This document shows, one piece after another, positions 43,347-54,100 of a DNA stretch of 64,000 nt (positions are counted from its first letter, which is position 1; every line of letters starts with the position of its first letter). Source of the DNA: Zoogloea sp. (GTDB lineage Bacteria > Pseudomonadota > Gammaproteobacteria > Burkholderiales > Rhodocyclaceae); contig NZ_JAOAUU010000036.1 of the NCBI RefSeq assembly GCF_030157465.1, positions 2,427-66,426 of the forward strand, given 5' to 3'. The position numbers and the translations under genes were made by a program. Below the pieces are notes generated by a model. That model was not told the origin of the DNA, did no database searches, and saw only the letters and a program-made list of their open reading frames with translations.

Positions 43347-44099
43347 ATGACATATTGTGTCAGCATGTCGCTCGACGCCGGTATGGTGTTCCTGTCCGAT
43401 TCCCGTACCAATGCGGGCGTCGACCATATCAATACCTTCCGCAAGATGAGCATTTTCCAGCGCCCCGGCGAACGGGTGCTGGTGCTGATGAGCTCGGGCA
43501 ACCTGGCGATCACCCAGCAGCTCGTCTCGATGCTGCGCGAGTCAATGGCGGCCCAGGACGGGCGGGAAAGTCTGTGGTCGGTGCCCAACATGTTCGAGGC
43601 AGCGCGCAATGTAGGGGAAACGCTGCGCGAGGTGCATCGACGGGATGCCGATGCGCTCAGCAGCTTCGGCATCGACTTTACCGCCGCGCTGATTCTCGGC
43701 GGGCAAATCGGGCGGGAGCAGCCGCGCCTGTTCAATATCTATGCCGCGGGCAACTTTATCGAGGCCACGCCGGACACGCCGTATTTCCAGATCGGTGAAT
43801 CGAAGTACGGCAAGCCGATCATCGACCGTGTCGTGAAGCGTCATACCAGTCTGGACGAGGCCGCCAAGCTGGCGCTGATCTCGATGGACTCGACGATCCG
43901 CTCCAATCTTTCGGTTGGTGTGCCGCTGGATCTGGCGATTCTCAAGACCGATGAGCTGAAGATTTCGTCGCATATCAGTATCGACGCAAAGGACGAATAC
44001 TTTGCGATGATCCGCAACCGCTGGAGCGAGGCTCTGGGTCACGCTTTCGATGAACTGCCCAACCCGGATCTGCTGGGCAAGGGCGACCAGCTGCCCTGA
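43347..44099 (+). CDS. Proteasome-type Ntn protease (Anbu-like)
   Basis: M-TYCV start (Thr1 nucleophile), SDSRTNAGVD, SSGNL, QIGESKYGKPI, SMDSTIRSNLSVG. Confidence 0.88.
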   Translation: MTYCVSMSLDAGMVFLSDSRTNAGVDHINTFRKMSIFQRPGERVLVLMSSGNLAITQQLVSMLRESMAAQDGRESLWSVPNMFEAARNVGETLREVHRRDADALSSFGIDFTAALILGGQIGREQPRLFNIYAAGNFIEATPDTPYFQIGESKYGKPIIDRVVKRHTSLDEAAKLALISMDSTIRSNLSVGVPLDLAILKTDELKISSHISIDAKDEYFAMIRNRWSEALGHAFDELPNPDLLGKGDQLP

Positions 44100-44126
44100 T
44101 TGACCGCCTGCCCCACGGGGCAGGCC

Positions 44127-45023
44127 TTACCAGCCCTGGGCCTGGCGCCGGCCCAGCTCGCATTCGGTCCGGAAATCCAGAAACTGGCGCAGACGCTTCA
44201 TCTCGAACTTGCCGCTCTCCGCGGCCTCCCGCAGGGCGCAGTCGGGCTCTGAATCGTGGCGGCAATCGCGGAAGCGGCATTTTCCGATGTACGGCCGAAA
44301 TTCCGGGAAGCTCGCTTCGAGGGCTTCTGAATCCAGATGCACCAGCCCGAAGGTCTGCATGCCCGGGCTGTCGATGATGCCGCCGCCTTCGGGCAGCGGG
44401 TAAAGCCGCGCGAAGGTGGTGGTGTGCTTGCCGGTGTCGAGATATTCGGAAATCTCCCGCGTCTCGGCGCGTGCTTCTGGAATCAGCGCGTTGGTCAGCG
44501 TTGATTTGCCCATTCCCGATTGCCCCACCAGCAGGCTTGTTTCGCCGATCAGGCGGGCGCGCAACGCGTCTGCGCTGTCGAGGGCGGAGAGTTCGAGGAT
44601 CGGGTAGCCGAGCTTTGCGAAGGTGGCGAGCTGGGCGCGGGCGCCTTCGAGGCCGGCGACGATGTCGATCTTGTTGAGCACGATCAGCACTTTCAGGTGC
44701 TGGCTTTCGGCAGCGCAAATGCAGCGCGACAGGAATTCGTCGGAAAAGCTCGGTTCGGTGGCCACCACCAGCACCACCTGGGTGGCGTTGGCCGCGATCA
44801 GCTTCTGGCGCCAGGCGTCGGAGCGGTAGAGCAGGCTGGTGCGTTCGAGCAGCTTGTCGATGACGCCCTGGCCTGGGCCGGTGGCGGCGATCTGAACCCG
44901 GTCGCCGCAGGCGAACAGGCTTTTCTTGCCGCGGGGCACGCACAACAGGATTTCACCCGTGTCATCGGTGCGAACTTCGTATTGGCGCCCGAAGGCGGCA
45001 ATCAGGGTGCCGGTGGTTTTCAT
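44127..45023 (-). CDS. rsgA: Ribosome small subunit-dependent GTPase A
   Basis: [39 protein letters not shown]. Confidence 0.95.
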   Translation of the reverse strand: MKTTGTLIAAFGRQYEVRTDDTGEILLCVPRGKKSLFACGDRVQIAATGPGQGVIDKLLERTSLLYRSDAWRQKLIAANATQVVLVVATEPSFSDEFLSRCICAAESQHLKVLIVLNKIDIVAGLEGARAQLATFAKLGYPILELSALDSADALRARLIGETSLLVGQSGMGKSTLTNALIPEARAETREISEYLDTGKHTTTFARLYPLPEGGGIIDSPGMQTFGLVHLDSEALEASFPEFRPYIGKCRFRDCRHDSEPDCALREAAESGKFEMKRLRQFLDFRTECELGRRQAQGW

Positions 45024-46273
45024 TGAGCGCTGGCCTGCAAACGGGCGATACGGATCGCCGCGGGCGGATGGGAATCGTAAACGCTGGAGTAGAGCGGATC
45101 CGGCGTGAGTGTCGAGGCGTTGTCGCGGTAGAGCTTGACCAGCGCGCTGACCAGCGCCTGGGCCGGGGCCTGGCGGGCAGCGTAGGCATCGGCCTGGAAT
45201 TCGTGGGTGCGCGACCACATGCTCATCAGCGGGGTCAGCGGAAAGCTGAATACGGGCAGCACCAGCGCAAACAGTACCAGCGTGGGGGCGGTGCCGGCGG
45301 TATGCATGCCAAGCCCGCTGAAGAACCATTCCTGGCTGGCCAGATGGCCGAGCAGCGCGAAGAAGGCCAGGCTGCCGGTGCCGATCACGGCGAGGCGTTT
45401 CCAGAGGTGGTGATGGTGGTAGTGGCCAAGTTCATGGGCCAGCACGGCTTCGACTTCGGTGGCGTCGAGCTTGTCGAGCAGGGTGTCGAAGAAGACGATC
45501 CGCTTGGCGGCGCCGAAGCCGGTGAAGTAGGCATTGCCATGGGCCGAGCGCTTCGAGCCGTCCATCACGAAGAGGCCGGACAGACGAAAGCCGCAGCGCG
45601 TCATGAGGCCCTCGATGCGGTTTTTCAGGGCGCCATCTTCAAGGGGCTTGAACTTGTTGAAAAGCGGCGCGATGAAGCTCGGGTAGACCAGCAGCACCAG
45701 CAGGTTGAACACCAGCCAGAAGGCCCACACGTCAAGCCACCACAAGCTGCCCATCGCCTCCATCAGCCACAGCACGAACGCGATCAGCGGCAGGCCGATG
45801 AGTGCCGAGAGCAGGATGCCCTTGACGGCGTCGGCGACGAACAGGCCCGGGGTGAGGCGGTTGAAGCCGAAGCGGGCTTCGAGGCCAAAGCTGCGGTAGA
45901 GCGTCAGTGGCAGTTCGACGATCCAGGAAACGATGGCGACTGCGCTGATGAAGGCCACGCCGTGGCCGAGGCTGCCGGGCTCAAAAAGCCCGGCGGTGAG
46001 CGCATGCAGCTGCTGCAATCCGCCGCCGACGCTGAGTGCCAGCAGCAGCAGAGCCGACACCAGCACGTCGACAATGCCGACCCTGACCCGTGCCACGGTG
46101 TAGTCGGCGGCTTTGCGGTGGGCATCGAGCCCGATGATTGCAGCGAAGGCGGGCGGTACGGCATCGCGGTGGGCGGCCACATGGCGCATCTGGCGCCGGG
46201 CCAGCCACAGGCGGGTCAGCAGGCCGGCGCCAAGGGCGACGAGGAACAGGGCGGTGAAGCTGCTGGATGTCAT
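45020..46273 (-). CDS. M48 family (Ste24-like) membrane zinc metalloprotease
   Basis: [35 protein letters not shown]; many TM helices. Confidence 0.93.
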   Translation of the reverse strand: MTSSSFTALFLVALGAGLLTRLWLARRQMRHVAAHRDAVPPAFAAIIGLDAHRKAADYTVARVRVGIVDVLVSALLLLALSVGGGLQQLHALTAGLFEPGSLGHGVAFISAVAIVSWIVELPLTLYRSFGLEARFGFNRLTPGLFVADAVKGILLSALIGLPLIAFVLWLMEAMGSLWWLDVWAFWLVFNLLVLLVYPSFIAPLFNKFKPLEDGALKNRIEGLMTRCGFRLSGLFVMDGSKRSAHGNAYFTGFGAAKRIVFFDTLLDKLDATEVEAVLAHELGHYHHHHLWKRLAVIGTGSLAFFALLGHLASQEWFFSGLGMHTAGTAPTLVLFALVLPVFSFPLTPLMSMWSRTHEFQADAYAARQAPAQALVSALVKLYRDNASTLTPDPLYSSVYDSHPPAAIRIARLQASAQ

Positions 46274-46360
46274 CAGAGGGGGTGCGAAGCGGGGCAGGAG
46301 GGAGTGACGTGTCACGGTGTGGGCGTAGAATCGCGCCTTTACCGAAAAAGCGAGCCGATT

Positions 46361-46906
46361 ATGGCACAGGACCAGAATCACCTCATCTGGCTGGACATGG
46401 AAATGACCGGCCTGAATCCCGACAGCGACCGCATCATCGAGATGGCGATGATCGTGACCAACAGCAACCTGGAAGTGGTTGCCGAAGGCCCGGTGATCGC
46501 CGTGCATCAGTCCGACGCCGTACTCGATGCGATGGACGAGTGGAACAAGAATACCCACGGCCGTTCGGGCCTGATCGAGCGGGTGAAGGCTTCGACGATC
46601 GACGAGGCCGCTGCCGAGGCCGCCTACCTCGAGTTCATGCGCGAATACATTCCGTCGCGCACCTCGCCGATGTGCGGCAACTCCATCGGCCAGGATCGCC
46701 GCTTCATGGCGCGCTACATGCCGAAGCTGGAAGATTGGTTCCACTACCGCAACCTCGACGTGTCCACGCTCAAGGAGCTGTGTCGCCGCTGGCGCCCGGA
46801 TGTGTACAAGGGCCTCGAGAAGCGCGGCGCCCACCAGGCTCTGGCCGACATCCAGGAATCCATCGCCGAACTGCGCTACTACCGCGAGAATTTTCTGAAG
46901 GTTTGA
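46361..46906 (+). CDS. orn: Oligoribonuclease
   Basis: [42 protein letters not shown]. Confidence 0.96.
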   Translation: MAQDQNHLIWLDMEMTGLNPDSDRIIEMAMIVTNSNLEVVAEGPVIAVHQSDAVLDAMDEWNKNTHGRSGLIERVKASTIDEAAAEAAYLEFMREYIPSRTSPMCGNSIGQDRRFMARYMPKLEDWFHYRNLDVSTLKELCRRWRPDVYKGLEKRGAHQALADIQESIAELRYYRENFLKV

Positions 46907-46908
46907 AG

Positions 46909-47052
46909 ATGCGTCCGGACGCCCTTGTTGCCTGGTGGCGGCGCAACCGCCGCCGGGTGATCGGGCTGGCGTTGGTGTGCGCCTTCTTCTTTGCGCTGGG
47001 CTATTTCAGCCCGAGGGTGAATTCGCCGCTGATGTGCAAGATCTACGGCTGA
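46909..47052 (+). CDS. Small 47-aa single-TM protein
   Basis: ATG 2 nt after the orn stop; MRPDALVAWWRRNRRRVIGLALVCAFFFALGYFSPRVNSPLMCKIYG. Confidence 0.5.
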   Translation: MRPDALVAWWRRNRRRVIGLALVCAFFFALGYFSPRVNSPLMCKIYG

Positions 47053-47068
47053 GCCCCGGCGGCGGCTT

Positions 47069-47704
47069 TCAGCTGCCGCGCAGCCACTTGCGGTTGCTCT
47101 GGGTTTCGAGCAGGTCGCGCGGTGTTGGCAGGCCCTGCACACTGGCGCGAGCCAGCGCAACCTGATGCAGCTGGGCAACGGCAAGGGCTTCCAGGAGGGC
47201 GTCCCGGTGATCGATGCGTTCGATGCCGAAGGCGCCCAGCCAGGCATCCATGCGTGCCTGCCCGGCGATGCGTTCGGGGTAGAGGCTGGGCATCAGCACC
47301 ATCAGGTCGATCCAGTCGAGTTCGGGCCGGCTGCCCAGGTGCTGCTCGAAGGCCCGCTCAAGCATGCCCTGGTTGAAGGGCGCATTGAAGACGACCACCG
47401 GTGCGCGGCCAATGAAACGCAGCAGCCCGATCAGCGCCTCGGCCGGCGCGCTGCCGAGGCTTGCCTGGAAGGCGTCGCCGGGGTGGAGCAGGCCGTGGTT
47501 GAGCGCCACCGCGCCCACCGCCAGCAGCCGCTGGCCGCCGCCATCCTGCGGGCCGGTTTCGGTGTTGACGACCACGTAGCGGGTTTCGTAGTGCGAGCGG
47601 CCGGTATCGCAGGCGGGCAGGGCCGCGATGGCCTCGAGGCTGGTTTGTTGCTCGGGACTGAGGCCCGGGCCGCTGCCGGGCAGGAATCGGGAGAGCCAGT
47701 TCAT
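47069..47704 (-). CDS. DEDDh (DnaQ-like) exonuclease-fold protein with degenerate catalytic motifs
   Basis: VVVNTETG, FNAPFN and HRDALLEAL where D-x-E, H..FD and H.A..D are expected; ATGA overlap with the upstream gene. Confidence 0.72.
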   Translation of the reverse strand: MNWLSRFLPGSGPGLSPEQQTSLEAIAALPACDTGRSHYETRYVVVNTETGPQDGGGQRLLAVGAVALNHGLLHPGDAFQASLGSAPAEALIGLLRFIGRAPVVVFNAPFNQGMLERAFEQHLGSRPELDWIDLMVLMPSLYPERIAGQARMDAWLGAFGIERIDHRDALLEALAVAQLHQVALARASVQGLPTPRDLLETQSNRKWLRGS

Positions 47705-49608
47705 ATCTGGTAGTCCAGCTTGAGACGGAGTTGGATTTTGCGCGCCTGGCGGAAGGCTTCCTTGAGGATGCGCCGGTCGAGTTCGTTGAGATCGTCGGGC
47801 TTGACCCGGTTGTCGCCCGGCGCGCCGTGGTCTGTGTCGAGGTGCTGGTGGCGCAGGCGCAGCAGCTGGATGAAGTGAAAGCCGTCGGCCATGGCCGAGA
47901 GTTCTTCAGCCGGCATGCCGATGCGCGAGCCGCCCTGGCGCAGGCGCTGGACGGTGCTGGTGGCGTCGACGCCGGTGCGCAGTGCCAGCACGCGGGCGGC
48001 ATCGACAAACAGGCGGGCGCCGAATTTCTTGAGGTCGATGCTGCCGGGGTGCTTGGGGTCTTCGTCGGTGATGAAATCGCGGATCTTGCCTAGCGGCGGC
48101 GACACATCAAGCGCGTTGGCGGCCATGGCCTTCAGGAAGGCCGGGTTGCCGCCGGTCATGGACAGCAGCCAGTGGCGCAGCTTGTAGGCGAGTTTTTCGT
48201 CGCCGTAGAGCACCCGGTAGTCGAAGAAGATGGTTGCGTTGAGCAGCGCTTCGGGGTGGGGCTCGCGAATCCAGTTGCCGAATTTTTCGCGCCATTCCTC
48301 GAAGGTGAGGCACAGATCCGGGTTGCTGGCCATGATGTTGCCGGTGCACAGCGGAAAGCCGCAGGCGGCCAGATCGTTGTTCACATCCTTGGCAAATTCG
48401 AGCAGGCGCAGCTTGAGGGGTTCCTTGTCGGCCCATTCGGGCAGCACGTAGAGGATGCCGTTGTCCTGGTCGGTGGACAGGGTCTGCTCGTGGCGGCCTT
48501 CGGAGCCGAACGCCAGCCAGGCGTACTCGACGCCGTAGAGATCATGGCGTTCGAGGTTGAGCTCGATGATGCGGCGGGTCAGGGCGTCGTTGAGGGCCGA
48601 GATGAACTGGGTCAGCTGCTCGGCGCCGATGCCCTGGGCGAGCAGGTTGAGGGCCAGCTGACGGATGTCGCGGCTGGCCCGCTGCATGGACTGGACGTCG
48701 GAGGCGCTTTCGATGCTGGAGCGGATCTGGCGCAGGCCGATGCGCTGCAGCGCAAACAGGTCACGCTCGGAGACGACACCCTTGAGCTTGTCTTCGGAAT
48801 CCACCACCAGGATGTGGCGCACGCCGTGGGTGGCCATTTCGAGGGCCGCGTCGTAGGCACTGGCGTTGCCGCCGAGGGTGTGGGGCGGGGCGGTCATCAC
48901 TTCGGCGATGGGCCGGGTGAGATCGAAGCCGGGCAGCACGATGCGCTTGAGGATGTCGCTCTGGGTGAGCACGCCGACGGGCTTTTCGTCGGCGCCGGCC
49001 ACCGCCATGCAGCCCACGCCGAATTCGACCATTTTTTCCAGGGCGTGGCGGGTGGGAACGTCGGGCGCCACGAAGACCGGATCTTTCTTGACCAGGTTGG
49101 ACAGCGAGGTGTTCATCGTCTGCTGTTCGGCCGCGCGCTGGGAGAACTGCGCCTGCAGTTGCTCCCGCGACTGGCTGACCAGGCTGGCGATGTAGCGCGT
49201 ACAGAAAATCTGGAAAACGGGGCTGATTTCCTGGAGACGCAGGAAATCGGCGGCCGGCAGCTGAAGGCAGTAGCTGTCTTCGAGGGCGACGTAGCGGTTG
49301 GTGGAGGCGCGCCCGGCCGAGATGGCGCCGATCGGGAAGCCCTCGCCGGGGCCCAGGGTGAGCGTCGAGTATTCGGTGACGGCGACGCTGGCCACATGCC
49401 GCGCCTGCACTTTGCCGCGGTAAACGATGTACAGGAAGCGCGGCGGGCCGTCCTCGGGCATCAGGATTTCCGATTCCGCAGGATAGAAGGCCGTGGCCAG
49501 CCGTTCGCCCAGGAATCGCAGGGCTTCCGCCTCCATCCGGTCAAAGGGGGCGTGGCGGCGCAGGAACTCCAGGTTGGTGCGGATCAGGGTGTCGGAGGCG
49601 GTGTCCAT
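47701..49608 (-). CDS. cNMP-binding / 2xCBS / DUF294 putative nucleotidyltransferase
   Basis: N-terminal cNMP-like domain, CBS pair, AFGSEGRHEQTLSTDQDNG (GS..DxD), CTGNIMASNP, FFDYR, DLKKFG. Confidence 0.9.
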   Translation of the reverse strand: MDTASDTLIRTNLEFLRRHAPFDRMEAEALRFLGERLATAFYPAESEILMPEDGPPRFLYIVYRGKVQARHVASVAVTEYSTLTLGPGEGFPIGAISAGRASTNRYVALEDSYCLQLPAADFLRLQEISPVFQIFCTRYIASLVSQSREQLQAQFSQRAAEQQTMNTSLSNLVKKDPVFVAPDVPTRHALEKMVEFGVGCMAVAGADEKPVGVLTQSDILKRIVLPGFDLTRPIAEVMTAPPHTLGGNASAYDAALEMATHGVRHILVVDSEDKLKGVVSERDLFALQRIGLRQIRSSIESASDVQSMQRASRDIRQLALNLLAQGIGAEQLTQFISALNDALTRRIIELNLERHDLYGVEYAWLAFGSEGRHEQTLSTDQDNGILYVLPEWADKEPLKLRLLEFAKDVNNDLAACGFPLCTGNIMASNPDLCLTFEEWREKFGNWIREPHPEALLNATIFFDYRVLYGDEKLAYKLRHWLLSMTGGNPAFLKAMAANALDVSPPLGKIRDFITDEDPKHPGSIDLKKFGARLFVDAARVLALRTGVDATSTVQRLRQGGSRIGMPAEELSAMADGFHFIQLLRLRHQHLDTDHGAPGDNRVKPDDLNELDRRILKEAFRQARKIQLRLKLDYQI

Positions 49609-49777
49609 AAGTAAAACCAGAGCGCAGATCAAACCGTCGAATCTACTCTGCAGTTGCCCTGCTGTCATGACCTGGCGCAAGAAATCAATGTTTCTGCCTG
49701 GTTTGGCGCCGTCCGGCGTGATCTACGTCGCACCGGCAATCAGGCACAATCGGGCGATTCCAACCACAGGATCTGCC

Positions 49778-50455
49778 ATGACTGCCCCCCTCCTGCCTGC
49801 TGTCGAAATCGCTTCCGGCGCCAACCCGACCCATGCCGTCATCTGGATGCACGGCCTCGGGGCCGATGGCCATGATTTCGAGCCCGTCGTCGATGAGCTG
49901 GACCTCGACCGCCTGCCACCGACGCGCTTTGTCTTTCCCCACGCGCCGGAGCGTCCGGTGACGATCAATGGCGGCTATGTGATGCGCGCCTGGTACGACA
50001 TCCTGACGATGGATTTTTCGGGGCGACGGGAGGATGCGGCCGGCGTCATCGAGTCGGCGGCGCAGATCGAGGCGCTGATCGCCCGCGAGAACGCCCGCGG
50101 GATTCCCGACAGCCGCATCGTGCTGGCGGGCTTCTCCCAGGGCGGGGCGATTGCGCTGCACACCGGCCTGCGTCACCGGGCGCGGCTGGCCGGCATCCTG
50201 GCCCTGTCAACCTATCTGCCGCTGGCCGACACGCTGGCTGCGGAGGCCAGCGACGCCAACCGCAGCGTTCCGGTTTTCATGGCCCACGGCGAGGCCGATC
50301 CGGTGATTCCCCATGCTTTCAGCAGGCAGTCGGCCGACTTCCTGCTTGCTGCGGGCTATCCGCTGGCCTGGCGCAGCTACCGGATGGAGCATTCCCTGTG
50401 CATGGAAGAGCTGCGCGACATCGAGCTCTGGCTGGTCGGCGTGCTGACGGATTAA
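49778..50455 (+). CDS. Phospholipase/carboxylesterase (alpha/beta hydrolase)
   Basis: WMHGLGADG, MRAWYDI, GFSQGG, AHGEADPVI, MEHSL. Confidence 0.92.
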   Translation: MTAPLLPAVEIASGANPTHAVIWMHGLGADGHDFEPVVDELDLDRLPPTRFVFPHAPERPVTINGGYVMRAWYDILTMDFSGRREDAAGVIESAAQIEALIARENARGIPDSRIVLAGFSQGGAIALHTGLRHRARLAGILALSTYLPLADTLAAEASDANRSVPVFMAHGEADPVIPHAFSRQSADFLLAAGYPLAWRSYRMEHSLCMEELRDIELWLVGVLTD

Positions 50456-50901
50456 CTGGCGCGGCGCTTGAGCAGGTTGTTGCCGATGAAGCTCAGCACC
50501 GTTTCGCCGCGCTGGTTGACGGCCTTGTAGAGCAGGCGGGCGATGCCCCGGTCGGGCTTGGATGACGAGGGGCGCACTTCGAGCACTTCCACCACGCTGT
50601 GCAGCGTGTCGCCGGGGCGCACCGGGGCGAACCAGCGCAGTTCGTCCAGGCCCGGCGAGCCGATGCTCGACCCGGCGAAAATGCCGCTCTGGATGAACAG
50701 GCGGAAGCACACCGCGATCGACTGGAAGCCGCTGGCGATGAGCCCGCCGTAGGGCGATTCGGCCGCGGCGTTGGCGTCGAGGTGGAAGGGCTGGGGGTCG
50801 TAGCGGAAGGCGAAATCGATGATTTCAGCCTCGGTGAAGGTCAGGCCGCCGCTGGTGAAGCGGTCGCCGGGCGTCAGGTCGTCAAGGTAGCGGGTGTCCA
50901 T
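50452..50901 (-). CDS. MaoC family dehydratase
   Basis: FAFRYDPQPFHLD, GLIASG, VRPGDTL. Confidence 0.9.
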   Translation of the reverse strand: MDTRYLDDLTPGDRFTSGGLTFTEAEIIDFAFRYDPQPFHLDANAAAESPYGGLIASGFQSIAVCFRLFIQSGIFAGSSIGSPGLDELRWFAPVRPGDTLHSVVEVLEVRPSSSKPDRGIARLLYKAVNQRGETVLSFIGNNLLKRRAS

Positions 50902-50974
50902 TTCGGGGCTCCTGTTTTTTGGGGCTGTTGCGGGAAGGTCGCGTCCTGCTCTGTGGCGTTCGGGCGGGCCGATC

Positions 50975-50991
50975 CGTCAGGTTTTTTTACA
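50975..50991. promoter_or_regulatory. Candidate bEBP enhancer site (PrsR/PEP-CTERM-like)
   Basis: CGTCAG-N5-TTTACA, 58 nt upstream of the -24 GG; motif recalled from PEP-CTERM regulon work, unverified. Confidence 0.45.
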
Positions 50992-51041
50992 GTTTGCGTG
51001 GCGTAATTTACTCGAGCTTTGTTTTTAATAACATTTTTTCA

Positions 51042-51058
51042 CAGGTATGGAAGTTGCT
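51042..51058 (+). promoter_or_regulatory. Candidate sigma54 (-24/-12) promoter of the giant gene
   Basis: CAGGTATGGAAGTTGCT: GG at 51044-45, exactly 10 nt, GC at 51056-57 within TTGCT; AT-rich tract upstream. Confidence 0.55.
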
Positions 51059-51122
51059 GAAGCCTCCCTGAATAAGGCTTGCGGGCCGTCGCCTGCGGCC
51101 ACAAAACGGTAAGGGGACAAAA

Positions 51123-54100
51123 ATGGCTGCGGTTTACGGTGAAGAGCGCGTTAATTACTACACGACTGACTACCAGTACAGCCCGCAGGCTGCCGGGCTC
51201 GTCGGAGGTGGTTATGTCCTGACCTGGATCTCCAGAGGACAGGATGGCGCTGTCGACGGAATTTACGCCCAGCGTTACAACGCCTCCGGGAGCGCGGTCG
51301 GTGCCGAGTTCCAGGTCAATACCCAAACCGCCGGAAGCCAGGTCGACCCGGCCATCACCGGTCTTGCCGACGGCGGCTTCGTGATCGCCTGGAGCGACCC
51401 CAATGGCGACGGCAGCGAATCCGGCGTGTATGCCCAGCGCTATGACGCGGCCGGCATCGCCCAGGGCGGGCAGTTCCGCCTCAATACCTACACCGCAAGC
51501 AACCAGGACGTGCCTGATCTGGCCGCCTTTTCGACCGGCGGCTTCATCGCAACCTGGGCTTCCTACGGCCAGGACGGCAGCACCTATGGAATCTATGCCC
51601 AGCGCTACGACGCGGCCGGAACCGCGGTGGGCGCCGAGTTCAAGGTCAACAGCACAACAAGCAACGAGCAGACCGAGCCCCATGTGGCAACTTTCGGCGA
51701 TGGCAGTTTTGTCGTCGTGTGGCGCTCCTACCTCCAGGACGGCGACAGCTACGGCATTTACGCACAGCGCTTCAGTGCCGCAGGCCTCGCGACCGGCAGC
51801 GAGTTCCGGGTCAACACCACAACGGCCAGCGCGCAGTACGAAGAGCAGGTGGCCGCGCTCGAAGGTGGCGGCTTTGTCGTCGTGTGGAGATCCGAAGATC
51901 AGGATGGCTCCAACGCCGGCGTCTATGCCCAGCGTTATCAAGCCGACGGCAGTCCGGCCGGCGGGGAGTTCCGGGTCAACGTTTCGACGCTGGGCGGCCA
52001 GTACCAGCCCGACATCAGCGCGCTGGCCAACGGCGGCTTTGCGGTCACCTGGTACAACGACAACTCCGACGTGAGCGGAACGGGATCCTACGCCGACGTG
52101 TACGTGCGCGAATTCGCTGCCGACGGTACGCCGCTCACCGGCCAGGTCAAGGTGAATACTCCCAATGGCTCGACCAGCCAGTACGAGCCGACGATTGCCC
52201 ACATCGGAAGCGACAACTACGTTATTGCATGGCGCTCGGATGCCCAGGACGGTTCCAATTCGGGCATCTATCAGCAGCTCATGGGCACCGCCACCGAGCT
52301 GGCCCGCTCCGAAGCGCCCACCCTCGGCGATTTTGGCGGCTCCGTCAGCTTTGGCGAGAACCTCGTCAATGCCAGCCCGCAGTTGCTCGACCCGGTCGTC
52401 AGCTTCACCGATCTGGATTCTCCAAGCATGGCGGGTGGCCTCGTCACGGTGTTCTACGTGAGCGGCGCCAGTGCCGGCGACCAGTTGGCGATCAGCTCCG
52501 AAGGCATGGCGGCGGGGCAGATCAGCGTGTCGGGCAGCAGCGTGAGCTTTGGCGGCACGGTGTTCGGCAGCCTGGTCGGCGGCAGCAATGGCAGCAATCT
52601 CAGCGTCAGTCTCAATGCCGCGGCAACGCCCGATGCGGTTGAAGCCTTGATCCAGCGCATCACGTACGGCAGCTCCGACAACAGCCCGGCGCCAACGCGT
52701 CAGATCGGTGTGCGCGTCGAAGATGGCGGCGGCGCATCGGCAATGGGTGGGCTGATGACGATCAACCTCACCAAGGAACTCGACGGCACGCCTGCGGTGC
52801 ACGGTGAAGAACAGGTGAACACCTACACGCCGGGCCAGCAGCAATGGCCGTCGGTGGCCACGCTTGGCGACGGCAGCTACGTGGTGGCGTGGCAATCCGA
52901 CAACCAGGACGGCAGCGGCTGGGGCGTTTACGCGCAGCGCTTTGCCAACAATGGCGAAGCCCTGGGCCCCGAGCAACGGGTCAACACCCTCACCGGCAGC
53001 GACCAGAGCTGGCCGCAGATAGCCGGCCTGTCGAACGGCGGCTACGTCATCGCGTGGCAGGACAACGCCAACGACGGCAGCGGCTGGGGCGTGTTCGGGC
53101 AGCGCTACGACGCCAACAACCTTGCCGAGGGCGATCAGTTCCGGATCAACACCACCACCAGCGGTGACCAGTACAACGACAGCCTGGCGGCCTACACAGA
53201 CGGCTTCGCGGCGGTCTGGTCCACCAGCAACGACATCTACCTGCAGCGCTACAGCAACGCCGGGGTGAAGCAAGGCGCCGAAACCCTGGTCAGCACCGTC
53301 CCCGGCGGCGGCACCGCCCAGAGCGGCGCCCAATACCTGCCCGACGTGGCGGCCTACGCCAACGGCAACCTGGTCATCGTCTGGACCGACGCGGGCGGCA
53401 ACGACGGCGACAGCTACGGCGTCTACGGGCGCACCTACAACGCCGGCACCGGCAGCTTCGGCAGCAGCTTCCTGGTGAACACCACCACCAGCAGCTACCA
53501 GGGCTACTCCAACGACGGCAACTACGCCCCCAACGTAGCCGTGCTGAGCAACGGCGACTTCGTCGTGGTGTGGCCCTCCTACAACCAGGACAGCCCGAGC
53601 ACCTGGGCCGTGACCGGCCAGCGCTTCGACGCCGCCGGCAACAAGCTGGGGGGCGAATTCCAGGTCAACGAAACCCTCGCCGGCAGCCAGTACATTCCCG
53701 ACGTCACCGCCCTGTCCAGCGGCGGCTTCGTCGTCACCTTCTACAACGACAACTACGACATCGACGGCACCGGCTCGACGGGCGACGTCTACCTGCGTGA
53801 ATACGACGCCGGCGGCAACCCGGTCGACGGCCAGCGCAAGGTCAACGCAACCACCGTCAGCACCCAGTGGGAATCCGCCGTGGCCGACCTGGGCAACGGC
53901 AACTACGCCGTGGTGTGGGCGGGCTACAACGCCGAGGCCGGCACGGCCAACACCTACGGCATCTTCCAGCAGCTCTACGGCGACAGCACCGAGCTGGCGC
54001 GCTCGGCGAGCCCGCAACTGGGCGACTTCACCGGCACCGTCACCTTCGCCGAAAACGCGGTCAATGCCGGGCTGCAGGTGATCGACGCCGCAGTGGGGCT

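Noticed and set aside
45023-46360. Long plus-strand extension upstream of orn (627-aa ORF)
   Set aside because: Antisense shadow of the M48 peptidase; Orn homology starts at 46361.
50902-51122. c-di-GMP riboswitch upstream of the giant gene
   Set aside because: No GEMM-type GCAAA/GGGACGCAAAG core motifs seen.
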